Source of the DNA: Acidimicrobiales bacterium
GTDB taxonomy: Bacteria > Actinomycetota > Acidimicrobiia > Acidimicrobiales > Bog-793
Length of the DNA: 64,000 nucleotides
Assembly: GCA_035294725.1 (NCBI GenBank)
Contig: DATGKK010000019.1
Coordinates: 594 to 64,593 of the forward strand
Direction: 5' to 3'
The notes under the pieces were generated by a model, which saw nothing but the letters and a program-made list of their open reading frames with translations, was not told the DNA's origin and made no database searches. The position numbers were made by a program, and so were the translations under genes. Shown piece after piece: positions 28,707-37,770 of this stretch; within the stretch, counting starts at the first letter, position 1, and each line of letters begins with the position of its first letter.

Positions 28707-29413
28707 GAGACTCCGGTCTCGCTCTCGACGGTGCGGGCGACGGCGCTCTGGGCGCCTCCACCCTTTTCCATTGCGATGAGGGCCTCGATCCAGGCGAGGT
28801 CCCGGCTCAACGACTCCAGCGCGTGATCGGCGACCTGGCGCTGGTAGAGATCGAGCGGAGCAGGGCCGCCCGGGCCGCGCCGGGCGGCGTCGATCCGCTC
28901 CTCGAGCCGGCGGCGCTGCCGCTCCAGGAGGCGCAACCGGCCCTCGCTCGTGAGGTAGCGGGCGAAGGACCAGCGGAGGGCAAAGGAACGGTCGTCACCG
29001 GCCCTGTCGTGGTCGCCCTCGTCGTCGAGCAGCGAGGCGAACATCTGCTCGCCGACCGGCGTCAGCTCGTAGACCTTGCGGCCTCGGGTGCCTGCCGCAG
29101 CGTGTGCCGCCACGCGCGTCCTAGCGGCCGCGCGCGCGGCGAGGCGAGCTCGAAAGGCGGCCTTCTCACCCGAGAGGGAGCCGGTGAGGGGGATGACGTC
29201 GGCAGTCGCCTCGCTGCCGGCCTCCGGCTCAGGGTCGCCCCTTCCCACCTCGCGCACGGCACCAGTCCGCTCCAGCCTGGCCAGCGCGGGGTAGAGGGAA
29301 CCGTAGGAGAGGCTGGCGAGGAGACCGGCTCCGCTCCGCAGCCGCTTGCGCAGGTCGTAGCCGTGCATCGGCCGTTCCTTCAGCAGGCCAAGGATCGCCA
29401 GCTCCAACATCAT
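28703..29413 (-). CDS. PadR-family transcriptional regulator
   Basis: [21 protein letters not shown]...[19 protein letters not shown]. Possible starts are GTG 29419, ATG 29413 or ATG 29410. Confidence 0.87.
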   Translation of the reverse strand: MMLELAILGLLKERPMHGYDLRKRLRSGAGLLASLSYGSLYPALARLERTGAVREVGRGDPEPEAGSEATADVIPLTGSLSGEKAAFRARLAARAAARTRVAAHAAAGTRGRKVYELTPVGEQMFASLLDDEGDHDRAGDDRSFALRWSFARYLTSEGRLRLLERQRRRLEERIDAARRGPGGPAPLDLYQRQVADHALESLSRDLAWIEALIAMEKGGGAQSAVARTVESETGVS

Positions 29414-29427
29414 CCGCACTATATCAG

Positions 29428-29454
29428 ATCGACATATCGGCGCGATACATCGAC
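29428..29454. promoter_or_regulatory. Candidate PadR operator in the divergent promoter region
   Basis: AT-richer island. Near-palindrome TATCG-GCG-CGATA at 29435-29447, flanked by direct ATCGAC repeats at 29428-29433 and 29449-29454 (21-bp period). Confidence 0.35.
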
Positions 29455-29467
29455 GGGTACAGCGAGC

Positions 29468-29894
29468 ATGGTCCCAGGCAACCCGGGTGCAAGCGGGTGG
29501 GGCGGCGAGGTGGGCCCGCGGGCCCGCCCGGCCGCCCCGGATGGCGACGGAGGAAGCACGGCCTCCTCATCGCTCCCGCCCGTGTCGGAGGCCGACCCCG
29601 CCGGCGAGGCGCCGTGGCGACGGTGGGACGGCCACCAGTGGACCGGGTGGGTCCGCCCGAACGAGGCGCACCCGCACCACCCACCGGCTCCCGCCTTGCC
29701 TGACCAGCGGAGCAGGGCCGTCGCCGAGACCATCTCGCGACCGCGGCGGCCCGCCGGTTCGCCCCGACGCACGGGGCACCTTCCTGTTGCGAGGGCTCGC
29801 GGTCGGCTCGGAGGTCCTCCCGTTGCTGGCGTGGGAGGTCGTGACCGTCGCGCTCTACCGGCGCGACGGCTGCCCTTCATCGCAGTGCGGGTGA
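29468..29894 (+). pseudogene. Possible frameshifted gene: DUF2510-like N-terminus plus a C-terminal TM segment
   Basis: From ATG 29468 the frame has high GC3 and contains PWRRWDGHQWTGWV (DUF2510-like W..WDG..WT). At about 29745-29775 the high-GC3 signal moves to the +1 frame, which reads GTFLLRGLAVGSEVLPLLAWEVVTVALY and stops at 29892-29894. Confidence 0.35.
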
Positions 29895-30104
29895 TCTCGG
29901 ACGCGAGCCAGCCCGACGCGGCAGCGCCCGCACCTCACGGGCGCCTTCCCTGCGGCCGAGGCCGGCATCCTCGTCCCCGCTTGCTCACCGCTTCCTCGCG
30001 TGAGGGCAGGTGACCTCGCGACCGGCCAGTTCACACCGGTGAGGGGTCGGCCGGCCCGGGGGTCTCCGCACGGCGGCCGGCCGGTCGCACTACCCTCTGC
30101 CTCG

Positions 30105-30527
30105 GTGCCGGGAGTACGCAGTGGGCCGGAGAGCTACTGGGGGACGGGAGGACCTCCTCGCCCAGGGCGCATCGAGTACCGGCTGATCCGGGAGTCGGTG
30201 GTCCGCGAGTTCCGGCGGGGACGCCTCGGGCGCCCCGACGTGTGTGACGCGCAGCCAGAGCTCCTCCGGGTCGCGCGGAACCTCGGTCGGGAGACCTCCA
30301 CCTCATGCCCGATCTGCGAGCAGGCCAACCTCGTCCACGTGTCGTTCGCCTTCGGGCCTCGCCTGCCCCCCCAGGGCCGGGCACTCGCCCAGGGCGACCT
30401 CGGCCGGCTGGGACGGTCGGGCGACGAGCTCGCGTGCTACGTGGTCGAGGTCTGCGTCGAGTGCTCCTGGAACCACCTACTGAGGATGTTCACCGTGGGC
30501 GGCGCGTCGGGCAACCGGGTCCGCTGA
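30105..30527 (+). CDS. DUF5318-like zinc-ribbon protein (Rv0049-like)
   Basis: CPICEQ...CVECSWNH cysteine pairs and a size of about 140 aa from GTG 30105. Position near ino1/PadR matches Rv0049. The start is uncertain (ORF track gives 30000). Confidence 0.6.
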   Translation: MPGVRSGPESYWGTGGPPRPGRIEYRLIRESVVREFRRGRLGRPDVCDAQPELLRVARNLGRETSTSCPICEQANLVHVSFAFGPRLPPQGRALAQGDLGRLGRSGDELACYVVEVCVECSWNHLLRMFTVGGASGNRVR

Positions 30528-30566
30528 GCCACTCGAGCCGCCGGCAGCCGCAACGGCGCTGGACGG

Positions 30567-31430
30567 ATGGAGGCAGAGATGTCAGAGCCGGAGCGCCAGA
30601 AGGTGACGGCGCCGTGGGTCCGGTCCCGGAAGCGTCGCCAGGGGGCCGACCCGGTCGTGTGGGTCACCGCCTACGACGAGCCCTGGGCTCGCCTCGTCGA
30701 CCGAGCCGGCGTCGATGTCATCCTCGTCGGCGACACGCTGGCCGAGATCGTCCTCGGCTACGAGGACACGCTGCACGTGGACGTGGACGTGATGGCGCAC
30801 CATGTGGCCGCCGTCGCTCGGGCCCGCCCGAGAGCCCTCGTCGTCGGTGACATGCCGTGGATGAGCTACCACCTCGAGCCGTCCGACGCGGTGCGGAACG
30901 CAGCCCGCCTTGTCCGCGCCGGCGCCGGCGCCGTCAAGCTGGAGGGTGGCCACCAGCGCCTCGGTGCGGTGGAGGCGATCCTGGCAGCGGAGATCCCCGT
31001 GATCGGCCACCTCGGGCTCACCCCGCAGTCCGTCCACGCGATGGGTGGCTACCGGGTGCAGGGCCGGCAGGTGGAGGCGGCCGCGCGGCTCGTCGAGGAC
31101 GCCCGGCTCCTCTCCGACGCCGGCTGTACCGCCGTGGTGCTCGAGGGCGTGCCCGACGTGGTCGCCGAGCGGATCACCGCCGAGATCGCAGCACCCACGA
31201 TCGGGATCGGCGCGGGAGCGGCCTGCGACGGCCAGGTGCTCGTCCTCCACGACCTGCTCGGGATGACGGCCAGGACCCCGCCCAAGTTCGTGCGTCGGTA
31301 CGCCGACGTCGGCCAGGTCGTGGTTGACGCTGTGAGCCGGTACTGCGACGACGTGCGCGCGAGCCGCTTTCCTGCCGAGGAGGAGACCTACCACGGCTCC
31401 GCCGACCTCCGGCGCGCGCTCGGGGGCTGA
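30567..31430 (+). CDS. panB: 3-methyl-2-oxobutanoate hydroxymethyltransferase
   Basis: VTAYDEPWARLVDRAGVDVILVGDTLAEIVLGY, VKLEGG, GHLGLTPQS. Confidence 0.92.
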   Translation: MEAEMSEPERQKVTAPWVRSRKRRQGADPVVWVTAYDEPWARLVDRAGVDVILVGDTLAEIVLGYEDTLHVDVDVMAHHVAAVARARPRALVVGDMPWMSYHLEPSDAVRNAARLVRAGAGAVKLEGGHQRLGAVEAILAAEIPVIGHLGLTPQSVHAMGGYRVQGRQVEAAARLVEDARLLSDAGCTAVVLEGVPDVVAERITAEIAAPTIGIGAGAACDGQVLVLHDLLGMTARTPPKFVRRYADVGQVVVDAVSRYCDDVRASRFPAEEETYHGSADLRRALGG

Positions 31431-31654
31431 CGGGCAACGCCCTCCCCGACCGATCGGGAGCGGAGGCCGCCAGCCTCGGGAGAGGGTAGGGTCACGTGGC
31501 CGGAGCCACGCCGCCGCCTCCGGCGGCGCTGCTCGGTCGGGCCGTCCGTGGCGTCGGCTAGCATGACGGGCTCAGCCCCTATCGATATCTCTTCCCCTGC
31601 CCCGCGTGCCGGGGCCCCGAGCGTGCCGCCGGGTCCGAAGGAGGTGAGGCCGCA

Positions 31655-32008
31655 GTGCGGCCCTACGAAGTCATGATCATCTTCGATGTCGACCTCGAGG
31701 AGGCCGATATCCGCGAGAAGGTGGAACACGTTCTCGAGACGGTGAAGGGGCGAGGCGGTGTGCCGGGGGCCGTCGAGTATTGGGGACGGCGGACGTTCGC
31801 CTACGAGCTCAAGCACCGGAGCGAGGGCTACTACGTCCTCGTCGAGGCGACGGCAGAGCCGGAGGCGCTCGCCGAGGTGCACCGGCAGCTCGCCCTCGAG
31901 GATGCAGTGCTGCGCCACAAGGTCATCCGCCAGCCCGACGGCCTGGGCGGCCGCAACCGGTCGCGGCCAGCGCCGGCCGAGGCGGCGGCTCCGGCCGAGG
32001 CCAGCTGA
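31655..32008 (+). CDS. rpsF: 30S ribosomal protein S6
   Basis: [16 protein letters not shown]...[23 protein letters not shown] start preceded by GAAGGAGGTGA. Confidence 0.93.
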   Translation: MRPYEVMIIFDVDLEEADIREKVEHVLETVKGRGGVPGAVEYWGRRTFAYELKHRSEGYYVLVEATAEPEALAEVHRQLALEDAVLRHKVIRQPDGLGGRNRSRPAPAEAAAPAEAS

Positions 32009-32025
32009 CGAGACTGGAGACCACG

Positions 32026-32493
32026 ATGTCCAACGGGAACACGATCACCGTGATCGGCAACGTCACGAGAGAGCTCGAGCTGCGCTTCACGCCGAGCGGG
32101 CAGCCGACGGCGACCTTCGGCCTCGCTGTCAACCGGCGCTGGCAGAACCGGCAGACCCAGGAGTGGGAGGAGACCACCTCCTTTTTCGACATCGTCTGCT
32201 GGCGCGAGCTCGCCGAGAACTCTGCGGCGAGCCTCCACAAGGGGACGCGGGTGATCGTCACCGGCCGCCTCGAGCAGCGGTCCTGGGAGACCCAGGACGG
32301 CGAGAAGCGCTCGAAGATCGAGATCGTCGCCGACGAGATCGGCCCGAGCCTGCGCTGGGCGAGCGCCCAGATCGAGAAGAACGAGCGCCGCGGACCTGCC
32401 GAGGGCGGCCGCCCCTCCGGCGGGTCGTCGAGTCGCCCGGGTGGATCCGAGCCTGCCCCGAGCTACGCGAGCTACGACGAGGAACCGTTCTGA
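32026..32493 (+). CDS. ssb: Single-stranded DNA-binding protein
   Basis: ATG 32026 gives [41 protein letters not shown] fold, Gly/Ser-rich linker and acidic tip YDEEPF. Confidence 0.93.
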   Translation: MSNGNTITVIGNVTRELELRFTPSGQPTATFGLAVNRRWQNRQTQEWEETTSFFDIVCWRELAENSAASLHKGTRVIVTGRLEQRSWETQDGEKRSKIEIVADEIGPSLRWASAQIEKNERRGPAEGGRPSGGSSSRPGGSEPAPSYASYDEEPF

Positions 32494-32948
32494 TGGCGAG
32501 GAACAACGACCGCGAGCGCTCGACCCGGCGCGCTCCGAAGGAGAACGTCCGGCGCGGGAAGAAGAAGGTCTGCCTGTTCTGCAAGGAGCACATCGATCAC
32601 GTCGACTACAAGGACGTCGTGTTGCTGCGCAAGTACATGTCGGACCGCGGCAAGATCCGTGCGCGCCGGGTCTCCGGCAACTGCGCCCAGCACCAGCGCA
32701 AGGTGGCGCTGGCCATCAAGACGGCGCGGGAGCTCGCGCTGCTGCCCTACACCCAGCGCACGACGAGTGACCGTCCCGGCCCGCGGGGTGCAGGTCGCGG
32801 GCGGGGTGCATCGGCCGACGGCTCCGGTGCGTTCGACGCCGGTCCGGAGGCTGCTCTCGAGGTTGACGAGCTGGAGGACGAGACCTTCGACGACGAAAGT
32901 GACGCCGAGGAGGAGCTCGTGGTAGCGTCGCTGGAGGACGAGTCGTGA
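32493..32948 (+). CDS. rpsR: 30S ribosomal protein S18 with an acidic C-terminal extension of about 64 aa
   Basis: The ATG overlaps the ssb stop (TGATG). The S18 core is [64 protein letters not shown]. It is followed by ...[29 protein letters not shown]. Confidence 0.9.
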   Translation: MARNNDRERSTRRAPKENVRRGKKKVCLFCKEHIDHVDYKDVVLLRKYMSDRGKIRARRVSGNCAQHQRKVALAIKTARELALLPYTQRTTSDRPGPRGAGRGRGASADGSGAFDAGPEAALEVDELEDETFDDESDAEEELVVASLEDES

Positions 32949-33391
32949 AAGTCGTCCTCCGAAGTGACCTGGACCGAGTCGGCAAGCGGGGAGATCTCCT
33001 CGAGGTGGCCGACGGCTACGCCCGCAACTACCTGATCCCTCATGGCCTCGCGATCCCGGCCACCGAGGGGATCGAAGCTCAGGCCGCCGCTATGCGGCGG
33101 GCCCGCGACCTCAAAGATGCCAAGGACAGGGAGGGCGCCGAGGCCGTCGCGCGAAAGCTCGTGCCGATGGTCATCACGATCCCCGCCCGAGCGGGAGCCG
33201 AGGGGCGGCTGTTCGGCTCGGTGACGACGAGCGACGTCGTCGAGGCCGTTCACGAGCAGGCGGGCATCGAGCTCGACCGTCGACGGATCCTCTCGAGCGA
33301 GGCGATCAAGAGCGTCGGGACCCACGAGATCGGGGTGCGCCTCCACCCCGAAGTCCAGTTCCAGATCACCGTCGAGGTCGTGCCGGCCTGA
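32945..33391 (+). CDS. rplI: 50S ribosomal protein L9
   Basis: [32 protein letters not shown]. The GTG start overlaps the rpsR stop. Confidence 0.93.
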   Translation: MKVVLRSDLDRVGKRGDLLEVADGYARNYLIPHGLAIPATEGIEAQAAAMRRARDLKDAKDREGAEAVARKLVPMVITIPARAGAEGRLFGSVTTSDVVEAVHEQAGIELDRRRILSSEAIKSVGTHEIGVRLHPEVQFQITVEVVPA

Positions 33392-33618
33392 GCCGTCGCG
33401 GCGCCGGGGCGGCTGCCCGGCGGTCGCACGAGTCGCCTGATCGCGGGCTGCCGAGGCACGCCCGCCGCGCACCGTGAACGTACTCTCGAACACGTGTTCT
33501 CACGCGCGCGCGTCACGCTTTGCGATCGTCCACAGCTGGCCGCCTCTTTCCACATTGGCGTCCACAGCTTTCTGGGCCTTTCGATCCCCAGGCCGCTTCG
33601 GACAGTGTGAGGACCGAG

Positions 33619-35610
33619 ATGTCGCTGCAAACCTTCCCGAGCACCACCCCACGCCGCGGCCGGGACGGCCGCAGCGGGAGCGCCGCTGCCGCCGTGCGAG
33701 GAGGGGGCGGTTCGGGGCGCGTACCACCTCATAGCCTCGAAGCCGAGGAGTCCCTGCTCGGCGCCATGCTCCTGTCGCGCGACGCCATCGCCGTCGCCGT
33801 CGAGCAGGTGTCGGCCGACGACTTCTACAAGCCGTCGCACGCACACGTCTTCGAGGCGATCACGTCGTTGTACGCCCGGGGGGAGCCGGTCGACCCGGTC
33901 ACGGTGGCCGAGGAGATGCGCCGCGCCGGGACCCTCGAGACCTCGGGGGGAGCGGCCACCCTCGGGGCCCTCGAGGCGAACACCCCCGCCATCTCGAGCT
34001 CAAGCCGGTACGCCCGCATCGTCCAGGAGCACGCCATGCTGCGGCGGCTCATCGGCGTCGCCTACGAGATCGCCGAGCTTGGCTACGAGCTGCCCGGCGA
34101 CGTCACGGCCGCGATCGACCAGGCCGAGGCGCTCGTGTTCGAGGTCGCCCAGCGCCGTTCGAGCGACACCGTCCGTCCCTTGAAGGAGCTGATCACCGAG
34201 AGCCTCGACCAGATCGAGCGCCTCTACGACCGGGGGGAGTCGATCACCGGCGTGCCGACCGGCTATCACGACCTCGACGAGCAGCTCTACGGCCTGCAGG
34301 GCTCGAACCTCATCGTCGTCGGTGCTCGGCCCTCGATGGGAAAGACCGCCTTCGGCCTCGGCATCGCCGCTCACGCGGCAGCTCGGGCGAACGTGCCGGT
34401 CCTCTTCTTCTCGCTCGAGATGAGCCACATGGAGCTCGCTCAGAGAGTGCTCTGCGCCGAGGCGAGAGTCGATGCGAGCCGCGTCCGCAACGGCACGCTC
34501 GTCGAGAGCGACTGGGGGAAGATCTCCCAGGCGGTGGGCAGGATCGGGACGGCACCGCTGTACATCGACGACAACCCGAACCTCACCGTGATGGACATCC
34601 GAGCAAAGGCCCGCCGGATGAAGAGCACCGAGGGGGGCCTCGGTCTCGTCATCGTCGACTACCTCCAGCTCATGACGGGCCGTGCCTCGGCGGAGAGCCG
34701 GCAGGTGGAGATCTCGGAGATCTCCCGGGGCCTCAAGATCCTCGCCAGGGAGCTCCAGATCCCGGTGGTGGCCCTGAGCCAGCTCTCGCGGGGGCTCGAG
34801 GCTCGCGCGGACAAGCGGCCGATGCTTGCCGACCTGCGGGAGTGCCTCACCGGCGACACCGTGATCCGGCGGACGGACTCGAAGATGGCGACCACGATCG
34901 GCGAGCTCGCGGCGAGCGGCGAGCGGGACGTGCCGATCTGGTCCGTCGACGGCGACGGCCGCCTCCTGCCGGCGGTCATGGCCGAGGCCTGGAGCACCGG
35001 CGTCCGGCCCGTGTTCGAGATCACGCTCGCCTCGGGCCGCTCGGTGAGGGCGACGGCGAACCACCCCCTCCTCACTCTCGACGGATGGGCCATGGTCGAG
35101 AACCTCAGCCCGGGCACCCGCATCGCGGCGGCGCCGCTCGTGCCGCGTGACTCGCGGAGCCGGCTGGCTGCCCTAGCCGCGGCGGGGTCGCCGGCCCGAG
35201 GGAGTGAGTGGCCCTCGCCGACGTCCCGCTCTGCTCCCTCGGGCGGTGGCGTCACCCCGGCCAACGTGCTGGAGCGGGTCGGAGCCTCCGGCCTGCCGTT
35301 CGCACCCGAGCTCTCCTTCGAGCCGGTGGTCTCGATCGAGCTGGGCGCCGAGGAGGAGGTCTTCGACGCCTACGTCCCGGGCGTGCACACCTTCCTCGCC
35401 AACGGGATCGTGTCGCACAACTCAGGCGCGATCGAGCAGGATGCCGACGTCGTCATGTTCATCTACCGGGACGAGGTCTACAACCCGGACTCGACTGACC
35501 GGGGTGTCGCCGAGGTCCTGATCGCGAAGCACCGCAACGGACCGACGGGGGTGGCGAAGCTCTCGTTCATCAACAACTTCGCTCGTTTCGGCGACCTGGC
35601 GCGAGGCTGA
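33619..35610 (+). CDS. dnaB: Replicative DNA helicase DnaB, interrupted by a mini-intein
   Basis: PPHSLEAEESLLGAMLL, Walker A GARPSMGKTAFGL, IVDYLQLM, SRGLKILARELQIPVVALSQLSR, then DLRE / intein / SGAIEQDADVVMFIYRDE. ATG at 33619 is the likely start. Confidence 0.93.
   Translation: MSLQTFPSTTPRRGRDGRSGSAAAAVRGGGGSGRVPPHSLEAEESLLGAMLLSRDAIAVAVEQVSADDFYKPSHAHVFEAITSLYARGEPVDPVTVAEEMRRAGTLETSGGAATLGALEANTPAISSSSRYARIVQEHAMLRRLIGVAYEIAELGYELPGDVTAAIDQAEALVFEVAQRRSSDTVRPLKELITESLDQIERLYDRGESITGVPTGYHDLDEQLYGLQGSNLIVVGARPSMGKTAFGLGIAAHAAARANVPVLFFSLEMSHMELAQRVLCAEARVDASRVRNGTLVESDWGKISQAVGRIGTAPLYIDDNPNLTVMDIRAKARRMKSTEGGLGLVIVDYLQLMTGRASAESRQVEISEISRGLKILARELQIPVVALSQLSRGLEARADKRPMLADLRECLTGDTVIRRTDSKMATTIGELAASGERDVPIWSVDGDGRLLPAVMAEAWSTGVRPVFEITLASGRSVRATANHPLLTLDGWAMVENLSPGTRIAAAPLVPRDSRSRLAALAAAGSPARGSEWPSPTSRSAPSGGGVTPANVLERVGASGLPFAPELSFEPVVSIELGAEEEVFDAYVPGVHTFLANGIVSHNSGAIEQDADVVMFIYRDEVYNPDSTDRGVAEVLIAKHRNGPTGVAKLSFINNFARFGDLARG
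34843..35421 (+). mobile_element. DnaB mini-intein (193 aa, no homing-endonuclease domain)
   Basis: Begins CLTGDTVIRR (Cys1), has block B TANHPLLT and ends ANGIVSHN followed by Ser+1. Excision restores DLRE-SGAIEQDAD. The centre is a Pro/Ser/Ala/Arg-rich linker. Confidence 0.85.
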
Positions 35611-35703
35611 GCTCGAGGCGCTCGCTCGCGAGGCAGCGGAGCTCTCAGCCTGCTCTCAGCGGACTCGGGGTCTCAGCGCGGCGGGAGTGGGTACACCTGA
35701 GGT

Positions 35704-36423
35704 GTGGACACCGGACCAGGCCTTCGCGCACGTCCGGACGCTGGTCGCCTCCCGGCGCCGCAGGGCAGGGCTGCTGAACGGATCTCCGCAGGTCGCGAGC
35801 GGCAGGTCGAGGGGGTTCGCTTCGGTCGTTCCTCGGGGCGGGCTGGGGTCGCGAAGAACGCACGCCTCACCGCGAGCCTGGGCGCGGTCATGTTCCTCCT
35901 TCTCGCCCTCGAGGGTCTCACGATCCTTCGCATCGGTCCGCTGCTCAGCTGGCATGTGGCGATCGGGATGGTGGTCGTCTCGGTCTTCATCGCAAAGGCA
36001 GCGTCGACGTTCCACCGCTTCTCCCGCTACTACCTCGGCGATCCGGCCTATCGACAAAAGGGTCCACCTCCTGTGGCGCTCCGGCTTGCCGGCCCGTTCG
36101 TCGTGGCGCTGACCACGGTGCTGCTCGCCAGCGGCATCGTGCTCCTCTACGTGCCGGTGGCGTGGCGCGCTCCCGTGCTGCTCGTGCACAAGGGGAGCTT
36201 CGTGCTCTGGTTCGGCGTCATGTGCCTTCACGTCCTCGGTCACTTCGCGGAGACGGTGCGAAGGGCGCCACGCGACTGGGTGCCCGGCCGAGCGCGGGGC
36301 CTCGCCGGAGTCGGTGCGCGCCGAGCCGCAACGCTGCTCTCGGTCGCCGTAGGGGCCGGTCTCGCCGCGGTGGTGATGCCGGCTGCGAGTCACTACCTCA
36401 GCGCGGGGGCGGTCCCTCACTAG
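35704..36423 (+). CDS. Integral membrane protein, about four TM helices with conserved His, function unknown
   Basis: TM spans LGAVMFLLLALEGLTIL, WHVAIGMVVVSVFIA, FVVALTTVLLASGIVLLYV and FVLWFGVMCLHVLGHF. The start is uncertain: ATG 35890 is possible, and an alternate frame shows better GC3 upstream. Confidence 0.5.
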   Translation: MDTGPGLRARPDAGRLPAPQGRAAERISAGRERQVEGVRFGRSSGRAGVAKNARLTASLGAVMFLLLALEGLTILRIGPLLSWHVAIGMVVVSVFIAKAASTFHRFSRYYLGDPAYRQKGPPPVALRLAGPFVVALTTVLLASGIVLLYVPVAWRAPVLLVHKGSFVLWFGVMCLHVLGHFAETVRRAPRDWVPGRARGLAGVGARRAATLLSVAVGAGLAAVVMPAASHYLSAGAVPH

Positions 36424-36453
36424 AGCGGACGGGGATCTCGTAGGCTCGGCGCC

Positions 36454-37044
36454 GTGCCGGGCGCCGACGTCGAGCTGTCCGAGCCGCGGCTCTCCGACGC
36501 AGAAGAGTTCGTGGCCTCCGCCGAGGCGAGCCGGGTGCTGCACCAGCCCTACATCGAGGCCCCGGACTCCGTCGAGCGATTTGCGACGTATCTCAAGCGT
36601 TCCCGCCGGGATGACCAGGTCGCGTACCTCGTACGACACCGGGCCTGCGGCGGGCTCGTCGGCTTTGTGAACCTGAACAACATCGTCCGGGGCGCGCTCC
36701 AGTCGGCATCGCTCGGCTATGCCGCCTTCGATGGCCACGCCGGGCGGGGTCTCATGCGCCAGGCAGTTGCACTCGTGGTGGAGCGAGCCTTCGGTCCCCA
36801 CCGCCTCCACCGCCTCGAGGCGAACATCCAGCCGGCGAACCTCCGCTCGATCGCGCTCGTGCGCAGCCTCGGCTTCGAGATAGAGGGCTACTCGCCGCGC
36901 TACCTGTACATCGCCGGCGAGTGGCGGGACCATGAGCGCTTCGCACTGCTCACGGAACGGTGGGAGGTGCCGCCTGGCTTCGCTCAGGCCGGGCAGGAGG
37001 CGGTGAACCTCAGCCGACCCCCCGCGCCCGGAACTGGATGCTGA
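36454..37044 (+). CDS. GNAT-family N-acetyltransferase (RimJ/RimL-like)
   Basis: LVGFVNLNNIVRGALQSASLGYAAFDGHAGRGLMRQAVALVVERAF...LHRLEANIQPANLRSIALVRSLGFEIEG. Confidence 0.8.
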   Translation: MPGADVELSEPRLSDAEEFVASAEASRVLHQPYIEAPDSVERFATYLKRSRRDDQVAYLVRHRACGGLVGFVNLNNIVRGALQSASLGYAAFDGHAGRGLMRQAVALVVERAFGPHRLHRLEANIQPANLRSIALVRSLGFEIEGYSPRYLYIAGEWRDHERFALLTERWEVPPGFAQAGQEAVNLSRPPAPGTGC

Positions 37045-37681
37045 TGCGCGGCCGCACCGTCCGCGCCGTCTTCGGGACGGCGTGGTCGAAGGTGCGCTGG
37101 CAGGTTCCGCCCATCACGAACAGGTCGCCCGCACCGAGCTCGAACCGGAGGCTGGTCCCACCTCTGGCGGGGCGCAGCAGCAGCCGCCGGCGAGCGCCGA
37201 GCGAGACGATGGCGACGACGGTGTCCTCCGTGGCGCCGCGACCGAGGCGGTCGCCGTGCCAGGCAACGCTGTCTCGCCCGTCTCGGTAGCAGCAGAGCCC
37301 GACGGTGCGAAGTGGCTCTCCGAGCTGCCGTTCGTAACGGTCATTGAGGGCCGTTCGCAGCGCGCCGAGGACGGGATGGGGGAGCTCGTCGCCGCCGCCG
37401 TAGTGGCAGACGAGGCGGGGCACCTCGACGAGGCGGTCGTACATGACCCGCCGCTCCCGTGCCCACGGCACGATGGTGAGCAGCGCCTCGAGCAGCGCCT
37501 CGTGACCGCTCACCCAGTCGCGCCCGAGCTCGAGCCACGCCCCGCGACCGAGCTCGATCCGTTCGAGCCTCCCGTCGAGCTCCGCCGCGATTCCGACGGC
37601 CGCCCGAGGCCCGAGCGCGGCGAGGTCGAACAGCGACTCTGGTCGGCATGCCGGCGCCGCGGTCGCCATGCCGGCGAGCAT
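37010..37681 (-). CDS. AlkB-like 2OG-Fe(II) dioxygenase
   Basis: VAWHGDRLGR (HxD), GAGDLFVMGGTCQRTFDHAVPK, RISIQFR. It converges on the GNAT gene and overlaps it by about 35 bp. Confidence 0.75.
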   Translation of the reverse strand: MLAGMATAAPACRPESLFDLAALGPRAAVGIAAELDGRLERIELGRGAWLELGRDWVSGHEALLEALLTIVPWARERRVMYDRLVEVPRLVCHYGGGDELPHPVLGALRTALNDRYERQLGEPLRTVGLCCYRDGRDSVAWHGDRLGRGATEDTVVAIVSLGARRRLLLRPARGGTSLRFELGAGDLFVMGGTCQRTFDHAVPKTARTVRPRISIQFRARGVG

Positions 37682-37770
37682 AGCTCGTGAGCGAACAGAT
37701 GTTCGCCACGAGTCCGGTGGCCCCGCTCGCCTCGCTGAGCCCGTAGGGTCGCCCCGGAGCAGCCAGGGAG

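Noticed and set aside
31388-31918. 176-aa minus-strand ORF spanning the panB-rpsF spacer and rpsF
   Set aside because: It is antisense to S6, which is unmistakable. No motifs were seen.
33488-33499. GAACACGTGTTC palindrome as a third parS site
   Set aside because: It shares only the CACGTG core. The flanking half-sites are in the opposite arrangement to parS (GTTxCAC...GTGxAAC). It is kept only as an unexplained palindrome in the dnaB promoter.
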